A stretch of 26,178 nucleotides of DNA from positions 1 through 26,178 of the forward strand of contig NW_021835615.1 in assembly GCF_006345805.1 (NCBI RefSeq). Direction: 5' to 3'. Shown here piece by piece: positions 9,381 to 18,897 of this stretch; positions within the stretch are counted from its first letter, which is position 1; every line of letters starts with the position of its first letter. Below the pieces are notes generated by a model, which saw only the letters and a list, made by a program, of their open reading frames with translations, was not told where the DNA came from and searched no databases. This DNA is from Octopus sinensis (Eukaryota). The position numbers were made by a program, and so were the translations under genes.

Positions 9381-9653
9381 TATTAATTTCTAAATCTCTC
9401 GTAGAGACCTGTACGGTGGGGCGTGGCGCGATAGAATGGTTTTATACTGTCATCTAACTAGAACGTAACACAGTAGGGGGTACACCACCGTTGTATAGCC
9501 CTAGGAGTCATCGAAGCCTCCTGACAGCTTCGACACATTTTTTCCCTGTGTCCTTATATACATATTACGAAGGGGAGACAAACACCCCCCAACCGCCCGA
9601 GAACTGCATCTAGGCACACCGTGTTTCAGGATCATTGTCCTTCATCGGCCTGT
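9380..9653 (-). mobile_element. ~270-bp non-coding element in (TA)n with a hammerhead-like motif at its 5' end
   Basis: GC-richer island bounded on both sides by (TA)n; no ORF. Confidence 0.55.
9612..9651 (-). ncRNA. Minimal type-I hammerhead-like motif (U4C core; G at position 17)
   Basis: AGG CCGAUGA AGGA CAAUGA UCCU GAAA CAC G GUGU G CCU: all three stems are in register. Confidence 0.7.
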
Positions 9654-9654
9654 A

Positions 9655-9685
<31 letters not shown>

Positions 9686-10065
9686 TATATATGATATTTG
9701 TAAGTGAATATGTTTGTGAGTTGTGTATGTAAGAGAAAAATATAATTTGCTTCCCTACTGTCACATCATTATACACATATATACACACACACAAACACAT
9801 ATACACACACACATCCGCACGCCCACACTAACACACATATATATAATTCATCTCCATCCTTCCATTCTTTCTTGATGTGGATGGTGGCGATGTTGATGAT
9901 GATGGTGGTGGTGGGATTTTTGCGGTTGTTGTCGGTTGCTAATTGTTGATTATGGGGATCAAAAATAGAATATGGGAGATTAAACATATTACGTACATGT
10001 GCGTGTGTGTATGTATGCATGTGTGCATGTATGTGTATATATAATCTTATATATACATATATATA

Positions 10066-10462
10066 TCTTTATATATAAAAGAGAGGTTGTGCTGTCTGTC
10101 TCCTACGATTTAGATTCCTAACTCCTCCCACATTTTGCGGTTGCAGTTTAACCAAAACGGGTATTATAGTCGTATTCATATCGAGCCCTTCTGGGTATTA
10201 GCGCGCGTCTACGATGAGTCTACGATTTTAAAAAAAAATTTACCATTATTTTTTTCCATTTTAATGCATATTTTTCGCTATTATTATAAGGGAAGTAACT
10301 CTCTAAAAATGTCTACGATGAGTCAACGATTTTAAAAAAAATTACCATAATTCTTTTTCCATTTTTAATGCATTTTTTTGCTATATTTTGGCTATAACTC
10401 TCTAAAAATGCTTATATAGTTATTTCCCTTACAAACCCGAGCAACGCCGGGCGATACTGCTA

Positions 10463-10463
<1 letters not shown>
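10066..10463 (+). mobile_element. Non-autonomous Helitron-like element
   Basis: A|TC 5' end, subterminal hairpin cccg-agcaacgc-cggg (10436-10451), CTAG|T 3' end; internal ~100-bp tandem duplication (10207-10408). Confidence 0.8.
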
Positions 10464-10501
<38 letters not shown>

Positions 10502-10503
<2 letters not shown>

Positions 10504-10690
10504 GAAGGCGCATGGAAAGTGAACAATGTATGAGTCAGATACATGCTTGCGTTTGTATGCAGGGGGAAAAATCAGGTGTAGTGTTGGCCAATCTCAGGAA
10601 GCATGGAAGTACCTGTTAAACTCTGGGGTCGATACAATTGACTTACCCAATTTCCATGAAATTTCTGGCCTTGTGCCAAAATATGAAATC
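10502..10690 (+). mobile_element. Degenerate SINE-related fragment
   Basis: aagtacc.gtt...ctggggtcgat and the ggccttgtgccaaaa tail resemble the SINE family seen at 16290-16372. Confidence 0.45.
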
Positions 10691-10885
10691 AATGTTTTAA
10701 AGTGAAGAATTTTGTATCAGTAAAAAGTATGAAATTTTAAATAATAAAAATGAACACGAAATAAAAGTTACTCAACATAGAGTCACAGGTATATAAAGAG
10801 AGTATGGCTATAAACTGGGTGAGTATTTCAATAAAACAAGTTTGTCGTTATTAAAATATTTAGGTATTTCTTTTATTTCTAGATA

Positions 10886-11303
10886 AGGATCTTTTCGGTT
10901 TGAACGGCAGTTTTTTTAAATAATTTCCACGTAACTAAACACTTTTAAACTTCGTATACTGGTAGAATGTGTTTATAAAACATCTTTTTCTCTTGGCTTT
11001 ATTGAGAAAATCCTATGTGTTTGTAGGATATTTGTTGTTGTTTTTCTTCAATTTCTGCAATTTCAACCAATCAATGACGTCTATTGAGGTAAAAAAAAAC
11101 ATTCTGTGCCGTATGAATATGTCCCTCGTTTAAGAAACAGATTGGGTTTATTTACATTTGTGGAGAAAAAAATATACCCTTCCTCCACCCCTAACCCTAA
11201 AACAGATTGAAAAGCAATAGATCGATACTAGGGTCATAATTATGGGTGACAATTTCATATGACACCGCTAGAAAAAAACTGCCGTTCAAACCGAAAAGAT
11301 CCC
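10886..11303. mobile_element. MITE with ~29-bp TIRs and TA target duplication (Tc1/mariner-type)
   Basis: TA|aggatcttttcggtttgaacggcagtttt ... aaaactgccgttcaaaccgaaaagatccc|TA; no ORF. Confidence 0.9.
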
Positions 11304-11559
11304 TAGATATTTCTATAAATTAAGAAGGGCCGACGTCCCTTTCTGTGGTGGGTTGGGGATTGTTGTGAACCCAGTAACTTATACGTCATGGAAACTGTGT
11401 GAAGCTCTGGCCCTGAAGCCTAAAACTTACAACAAATCAATGTCCTAACACTTTCCCCGGTGTTGGCCTCGATAGGATTCGAAACCAGAACGAAAGACCT
11501 GGAATAACATAAAAAATATTTTCGTTGATTCACTAACGATCTTTTTGCCAATCCATCAG

Positions 11560-11639
11560 TTTCTAAAAAAAATATTAGCGATCAGCAAATTGTTGCATTG
11601 CAAGACATTTTATGGTCAACGGGAAGTAACTCGTAATAG
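11560..11639 (+). CDS. Candidate internal exon of an unknown host gene
   Basis: CACTAAC branch point, pyrimidine tract and cag acceptor. Donor AG|GTAATA at 11640 gives FLKKILAISKLLHCKTFYGQREVTRN; alternative donor at 11626 gives SKKNISDQQIVALQDILWSTG. Confidence 0.3.
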
Positions 11640-11849
11640 GTAATAAATTTGCTAAATCTAGGGGAGACAACTCTAAAACTTTCCGACTGCAGATAAATTC
11701 ACGGAAATAATGATGTCGGTAGTGTTTGTTATAACACTGCTGCTGCTGCTGCTTCTGCCGTTGTTGCTGCTGTCGTTGCTGCGATGCTGCTGCTGCTGGC
11801 GGTTGTGGTGATAGCGGCAGCGGTGACGATGAGGAGAGAGATGGCGATG

Positions 11850-14800
11850 GCGAGAGAGGTGGCGATGGTGGAAGAAGGTGAGGGTGGTGGGAGAAGGTGG
11901 CGGTGGTGGGAGAAGGTGAGGGTGGTGGGAGAAGATGACGGTGGTGGGAGAGGTGGCGGTGGTGGGAGGAGGTGACGGTGGTGGGAGAGGTGGCGGTGGT
12001 GGGAGGAGGTGTACGGGGGTGGGGAGAGGTGGCGATGGTGGAAGAAGATGACGGTTGTGGGAGTAGTGGCGGTGGTGGGAGAAGGTGACGGTGGTGGGAG
12101 AGGTGGCGGTGGTGGAAGAAGATGACGGTGGTGGGAGAGGTGGCGGTGGTGGGAGAAGGTGACGGTGGTGGGAGAGGTGGCGGTGGTGGAAGAAGATGAC
12201 GGTGGTGGAGAGGTGGCGGTGGTGGGGAGGAGGTGACGGTGGTGGGAGAGGTGGCGGTGGTGGAAGAAGATGACGGTGGTGGGAGAGGTGGCGGTGGTGG
12301 GAGGAGGTGACGGTGGTGGGAGAGTTGGCGGTGTGGAAGAAGATGACGGTGGGTGGGAGAGTTGGCGTGGTGGAGAAGGTGACGGTGGTGGAAGAAGATG
12401 ACGGTGGTGGGAGAGGTGGCGGTGGTGGGAGGAGGTGACGGTGGTGGGAGAGGTGGCGGTGGTGGAAGAAGATGACGGTGGTGGGAGAGGTGGCGGTGGT
12501 GGGAGAAGGTGACGGTGGTGGGAGAGGTGGCGGTGGTGGAAGAAGATGACGGTGGTGGGAGAGGTGGCGGTGGTGGGAGGAGGTGACGGTGGTGGGAGAG
12601 GTGGCGGTGGTGGGAGGAGGTGACGGTGGTGGGAGAGGTGGCGATGGTGGAAGAAGATGACGGTGGTGGGAGAGGTGGTGGGAGAGGTGGCGGTGGTGGA
12701 AGAAGATGACGGTGGTGGGAGAAGGTGACGGTGGTGGGAGAGGTGGCGGTGGTGGAAGAAGATGACGGTGGTGGGAGAGGTGGCGGTGGTGGGAGGAGGT
12801 GACGGTGGTGGGAGAGGTGGCGGTGGTGGAGAAGATGACGGTGGTGGGAGAGGTGGCGGTGGTGGGAGAAGGTGAGGGTGGTGGGAGAGGTGGCGGTGGT
12901 GGAAGAAGATGACGGTGGTGGGAGAGGTGGCGGTGGTGGGAGGAGGTGACGGTGGTGGGAGAGTGGTGGGAGAGGTTGCGGGTGGAAGAAGATGACGGTG
13001 GTGGGAGAGGTGGCGGTGGTGGGAGAAAGTGTGACGGTGGGGGAGAGGTGGCGGTGGTGGAAGAAGATGACGGTGGTGGGAGAGGTGGCGGTGGTGGGAG
13101 AAGTGAGGGGGTGGGAGAGGTTGGCGGTGGTGGAAGAAGATGACGGTGTGGGAGAGGTGGCGGTGGTGGGAGAAGGTGACGGTGGTGGGAGAGGTGGCGG
13201 TGGTGGAAGAAGGTGAGGGTGTGTGGGAGAATGTGGCGGTGGTGGGAGAAGGTGACGGTGGTTGGAGAGGTGGCGGTGGTGGAAGAAGATGAGGGTGGGG
13301 GAGAGGTGGCGGTGGTGGGAGGTGACGGTGGTGGGAGGGTGGCGGTGGTGGGAGAAGGTGACGGTGGTGGGAGAGGTGCGGTGGTGGAAGAAGATGACGG
13401 TGGTGGGGAGAGGTGGCGGTGGTGGAGAGGTGAGGGTGGTGGGAGAGGTGGCGGTGGTGGAAGAAGTGTGAGGTGGTGGGAGACGGTGGCGTGGTGGGAA
13501 AGGTGACGGTGGTGGGAGAGGTGGCGGTGGTGGAAGAAGGTGACGGTGGTGGGAGAGGTGGCGGTGGTGGGAGAAGGTGAGGGTGGTGGGAGAGGTGGCG
13601 GTGGTGGAAGAAGGTGACGGTGGTGGGAGAGGTGGCGGTGGTGGAAGAAGATGACGGTGGTGGGAGAGGTGGCGGTGGTGGGAGGAGGTGACGGTGGTGG
13701 GAGAGGTGGCGGTGGTGGAAGAAGATGACGGTGGTGGGAGAGGTGGCGGTGGTGGGAGAAGGTGACGGTGGTGGGAGAGGTTGCGGTGGTGGAAGAAGAT
13801 GACGGTGGTGGGAGAGGTGGCGGTGGTGGGAGGAGGTGACGGTGGTGGGAGAGGTGGCGGTGGTGGAAGAAGATGACGGTTTGGGAGAGGTGGCGGTGGT
13901 GGGAGAAGGTGAGGGTGGTGGGAAGAGGTGGCGGCTGGTGGAAGAAGATGACGGTGGTGGGGAGAGGTGGCGGTGGTGTGGAGGAGGTGACTGTGGTGGG
14001 GAGGTGGTGGGGGCAGGTGGCGGTGGTGGAAGAAGATGACGGTGGTGGGAGGGTGGCGGGGTGGGAGAGGACGGTGGTGGAGAGGTGGCGGTGGTGGAAG
14101 AAGATGACGGTGGTTGGAGGAGGGTGGCGGTGTTGGGGAGAAGGTGAGGGTGGTGGGAGAGGTGGCGGTGGTGGAAGAAGATGACGGTGGTGGGAGAGGT
14201 GGCGGTGGTGGGAGAAGGTGACGGTGGTGGGAGAGGTGGCGGTGGTGGAAGAAGGTGAGGGTGGTGGGAGAAGGTGGCGGTGGTGGGAGAAGGTGACGGT
14301 GGTGGTATAGAGGTGGCGGTGGTGGAATAAGATGACGGTGGTGGGAGAGGTGGCGGTGGTGGGAGAAGGTGACGGTGGTGGAGAGGTGGCGGTGGTGGAA
14401 GAAGATGACGGTGGTGGGAGAGGTGGCGGTGGTGGGAGAAGGTGACGGTGGTGGGAGAGGTGGCGGTGGTGGAAGAAGATGAGGGTGGTGGGAGAGGTGG
14501 CGGTGGTGGGAGGTGACGGTGGGTGTGGAGAGGTGGCGGTGGTGGGAGAAGGGGTGACGTGTGGGAGAAGGTGACGGTGGTGGGAGAGGTGGCGATGGTG
14601 GAAGAAGGTGACGGTGGTGGAGAGTGGCGGTGGTGGGAGGTTGAGGTGTGGGTGGGAGAAGGTGGCGGTGGTGGGAGAAGGTGACGGTGGTGGAAGAAGG
14701 TGAGGGTGGTGGGAGAGGTGGCGATGGTGGAAGAAGTGATGGTGGTGGGAGAAGGTGGCGGTGGTGGGAGAGGGTTGACGGTGGTGGAGAGGTGGCGGTG

Positions 14801-16200
14801 GTGGAAGAAGGTGACGGTGGTGGGAGAGGTGGCGATGGTGGAAGAAAGATGAGGGTGGTGGGAGAGGTGGCGGTGGTGGAGGTGACGGTGGTGGGAGAGG
14901 TGGCGGTGGTGGGAGAAGGTGACGGTGGTGGGAGAGGTGGCGGTGGTGGGAGAAGGTGACGGTGGTGGGAGAGGTGGCGATGGTGGAAGAAGATGCGGGT
15001 GGTGGGAGAGGTGGCGGTGGTGGGAGGTGACGGTGGTGGGAGAGGTAGCGGTGGTGGAAGAAGGTGACGGTGGTGGAAGAGGTGGCGATGGTGGAAGAAG
15101 ATGAGGGTGGTGGGAGAGGTGGCGGTGGTGGGAGGTGACGGTGGTGGGAGAGGTGGCGGTGGTGGGAGAAGGTGACGTGGTGGGAGATTGTGGCGGTGGT
15201 GGGAGAAGGTGACGGTGTTGGGAGAGGTGGCGAGGTGGAAGAAGGTGAGGGTGGGTGGGAGAAGTTGGCGGTGGTGGGAGAAGGTGACGGTGTGGGGAGA
15301 GGTGGCGGTGGTGGAAGAAGGTGACGGTGGTGGGAGAGGTGGCGATGGTGAGAAGAATGAGGGTGGTGGGAGGTGTGGGTGGTGGGAGGTGACGGTGGTG
15401 GAGAGGTGGCGTGGTGGAGAAGTGACGGTGGTGGGAGAGGTGGCGGTGGTGGAGAAAAGGTGACGGTGGTGGGAGAGGGGCGATTGTGGAAGAAGATGCG
15501 GGTGGTGGGATAGGTGGCCGGTGGTGGGAGGTGACGGTGGTGGGAGAGGTAGCGGTGGTGGAAGAAGGTGACGGTGGTGGGAGAGGTGGCGATGGTGGAA
15601 GAAGATGAGGGTGGTGGGAGAGGTGGCGGTGGTGGGAGGTGACGGTGGTGGGAGAGGTGGCGGTGGTGGGAGAAGGTGACGGTGGTGGGAGAGGTGGCGG
15701 TGGTGGGAGAAGGTGACGGTGGTGGGAGAGGTGGCGATGGTGGAAGAAGGTGACGGTGGTGGGAGAGGTGGCGGTGGTGGGAGGTGACGGTGGTGGGAGA
15801 GGTGGCGGTGGTGGGAGAAGGTGACGGTGGTGGGAGAAGGTGACGGTGGTGGGAGAGGTGGCGATGGTGGAAGAAGATGACGGTGGTGGGAGAGGTGGCG
15901 GTGGTGGGAGAGGTGGCGGTGGTTGGAGAGGTGGCGATGGTGGGAGGTGGTGGCGGTGGTGGGAGAAGGTGACGGTGGTGGGAGAGGTGGCGGTGGTGGG
16001 GAGGTGACGGTGGTGGGAGAGGTGGCGATGGTGGAAGAAGGTGACGGTGGTGGGAGAGGTGGCGGTGGTGGGAGGTGACGGTGGTGGGAGAGGTGGCGGT
16101 GGTGGGAGAGGTGGCGGTGGTGGGAGAAGGTGACGGTGGTGGGAGGTGACGGTGGTGGGAGGTGACGGTGGTGGGAGAGGTGGCGATGGTGGAAGAAGTA
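11850..16200. repeat. G-rich 37-bp minisatellite, ~4.3 kb
   Basis: Unit is ggtggtgggagaggtggc (18 nt) plus ggtggtgg[aagaagat/gagaaggt/gaggaggt]gac (19 nt); about 115-120 units by length. Confidence 0.97.
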
Positions 16201-16289
16201 GCGGCTGCGGTGTTAGTAGTGGTGATGGTGGTAGCGGAGGCGATAGCAGTGGTGTTTCTGGTAGTGGTGGTGGTGTTGCTGGTGCCGGT

Positions 16290-16372
16290 ACTATAACGTT
16301 CTGAGGTCAGATTCCGCCGAGGTCGACTTTGCCTTTCATCCTTTCGGGGTCGATTAAATAAGTACCAGTTAC
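16290..16372 (+). mobile_element. Fragment of a second tRNA-derived SINE family
   Basis: gttctgaggtcagattccgccgaggtcgactttgcctttcatcctttcggggtcgat.aaataagtacc: B-box-like head plus central domain. Confidence 0.7.
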
Positions 16373-16460
16373 GGGATCTTTTCAGTTTGAAGGCCAGATT
16401 TTCCTAGTTAACTAAACAATTTGAAACTTCGTATACTGGTAGAATGTGTCAAAAGAAAAC
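16373..16460 (+). mobile_element. Truncated copy of the 10886-11303 MITE
   Basis: gggatcttttcagtttgaa ... aaacttcgtatactggtagaatgtgt is shared with 10887-10970. Confidence 0.8.
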
Positions 16461-16594
16461 ATAATTGTAAACCAAAATGAAAACGGAATTGTAATTTCTA
16501 AGTTTAACGTTGTTTAATAATTCGAATTTTAACCAATGGTATTCTTTCTTTCGACCTCATATTATTTACTACTGCCTCTCAAAATATGTTACTG

Positions 16595-16688
16595 TGACGT
16601 AAACAGCTATTTTGTGACGTAGTTAACGTAAACATGTAAACAGACCTAGAGATTCGTTTGTAACGTAAACATCCGTTCATCGTAAATA
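16595..16688 (+). promoter_or_regulatory. Homotypic forkhead-motif cluster with TGACGT half-sites
   Basis: GTAAACA at 16599, 16628, 16636 and 16665; GTAAATA at 16682; TGACGT at 16595 and 16615. Confidence 0.35.
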
Positions 16689-16904
16689 GCTAAATTCGCT
16701 TGGCATCGTACAAAGCTTTTTCAGTTCCCTAGAATTATATTTGAAAGAATATAAAAAGAAAAAGATTCATACGCATAAATATCCATCCTTAGACATCAGA
16801 AAATGAGTGTTTAAATTATTTTCCATTGTTTGCATTGCTTACACATACACACACATACTAACATTACATCGTTGGAGCAGTAATTTATTTATGTATTTTT
16901 TGTT

Positions 16905-17040
16905 AGCCTCAGGCCAACCAAAGCTTTGTGAGTGAATTTGGTAGACGGAAACTGTGTGTGTGTTTGTCCCCCCGAAATGTATAGAATTACTTTAAAGAAG
17001 TGTTCGGGTCGAAACAAGTAAAAGAATAAAAGAAAGAAAA
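16905..17040 (+). mobile_element. Internally deleted Octopus-type SINE fragment
   Basis: gcctcaggccaaccaaagctttgtgagtgaatttggtagacggaaactg ... gaaacaagtaaaagaataaaag. Confidence 0.75.
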
Positions 17041-17052
17041 GAAAGAATATAT

Positions 17053-17108
<56 letters not shown>

Positions 17109-17172
17109 TTTTTACTTTTTATACATATTTATATTTATTGCATATCTTTTACTTATTTATATTTATATATAA

Positions 17173-18462
17173 CTAGCAGAGATACCCGGCGTTGCCCGAT
17201 TACATTCAATTGGAGAATTAGACTTTTCTGTTATATCTTCTGTGATGAACTGGAATATCTAAGTTTCGAATTTCATCAAAATTGCAGATGAGGCTTATTT
17301 CAATCTTTACACACCCTAAAAAATTGTAATCGTGCCACATGTATCCCATAATCCTGATTTTTATGCGCATATTCCAAAATTCCAGTCTTATTTAACTTGT
17401 TAAATGAAGGTCATGGAGCTCTAAAATGTGAGAGTTAAGGCCCCTGTTGGGGGTGGGCATCTTAATGTCAACCAGACAAGTTGAATTGTTGAAAATCTTT
17501 TTAACTTGGGTCTTATATCTATTGTTTGAATTTCTTTGAAATAGGAAATATATGTTCACTGGGTTTGTAAAAGAGAGCAAAGCTACAGGAAACCAAAAGA
17601 CGAATGATCACAATAAGCAGTCAGTTACCCTACCCTAGTCGTTACCACTCCTAATGTAAGATTCCTCACCATCCAGATGACAGGCACAGCCGTAAGATGC
17701 ATTAGGAATCTATAGCAATTGGAAGGGCGTGATCCAACTGAAATCAACATTAACAACTGTTTGACGTGAGAGCTAAGGAGAAATGAAAGTGTCACCTCTG
17801 TAGTTTGCAAATGACCACTATACTGATACGTAACTGGACAGAATAAATTTAAAATCTATAAATGTCTTCGAATAACCAGTCACTCATCTGGGAAGGCCTT
17901 GAAATCAATGTTACCATCTGGGGACTATGTGTGACCGAGTGATAATAAAAAGACTGAAAGGAGGTCTGCAATCAAATAAATTTTACTCTTCACTTTGCAA
18001 CTGAATCAGTGGAGGCAAAGATGCCTCTCGTTTACTTGACAATTTATGCAGCACATTGCAGAAATCACAATGTAAGTGTATTTCAAAGCAAACTGTTACA
18101 CTGTTGTACCATTGAATTACAAATAATGCTCATCTTTTATGCTCGGGTAACCCTACAGCTTCCAAGAGCACAACTGTATTCATTTTTGCTTAGATAAAAT
18201 GACAAGATTGTAGATGTTAAGTCCCCATGGAGGGGTCTTTCTAACTTTGTAAGATGAAATTTTATAGATATTACTTCATTTGTGTCTAATGTCTATGGTT
18301 AAAATTCATCAACAGCAAAAATAATGAATTGTCATGGGCGTTATGGCCCTTGTGCATAGAATATAATTTCCAAATTTCATAAAGATCCATTCAGTACTTT
18401 TGACCAAGTTTGGATCATAAAAGAAATTACTAAAATTTGGGATTTATGGCTCTCCATTAGGG

Positions 18463-18509
<47 letters not shown>
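17173..18509 (-). mobile_element. Helitron-like element with ~1.3-kb body
   Basis: Minus-strand 3' end cgggcaacgccggg..tgCTAG|T at 17173 and A|TC(TA)n-type 5' end at ~18509, the same terminal style as 10066-10463. Confidence 0.6.
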
Positions 18510-18616
18510 TAGATAGATAGATAGATAGATAGAATAGATAGATAGATGATAGATAGATAGATAGATAGATAGATGATAGATAGATAGATAGATAGATATA
18601 GATACACACACACATG

Positions 18617-18890
18617 CACACATACAAAGATAAATTGATAGATACAACTGAGTGGGCAAACAAAAATATGAGACATAGCCTAGTGCTTTTTTATGTTGAT
18701 AAGCCTAGTACTTACTCTATTAGTTTGTTCTTGTGAAACCAGTAAGTTATGTGGATGTAAATAAGTGAACAGCAGTTGTGAAGCAGTGATGAGGGTGAAA
18801 CACAGAGACAAAGACACACACATACACTTACATATATACATACATATATATATACGATTTATTTGTTACAGTTCCTGTCTACGAAATCCA
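18617..18890 (-). repeat. Copy 1 of a local duplication (unique flank plus 3' part of SINE)
   Basis: aaagataaattgatagatacaactgagtgggcaaa and the downstream SINE variants are shared with 21660-21921. Confidence 0.85.
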
Positions 18891-18897
18891 TATATAT
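18819..18897 (+). repeat. Left copy of the ~75-bp direct repeat (TSD) flanking the RTE LINE
   Basis: cacatacacttacatatatacat...cagttcctgtctacgaaatccatatatat; matches 21491-21563. Confidence 0.75.

Noticed and set aside
11784-15463. + strand G/V/W/R-rich ORFs in the array
   Set aside because: 37-bp period with a recurrent TGA; these are repeat artefacts.
11850-16200. CRISPR-like or telomeric array
   Set aside because: No unique spacers, eukaryotic context, and the unit is not TTAGGG-like.
16725-16806. Open segment SLELYLKEYKKKKIHTHKYPSLDIRK after a tttttcag acceptor
   Set aside because: It ends in TGA with only a weak donor; cannot be told from chance without RNA data.
18140-18185. Faint resemblance to the PIF1 helicase QLYVxxSRV motif on the minus strand
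   Set aside because: It needs frameshifts and the neighbouring helicase motifs are absent.
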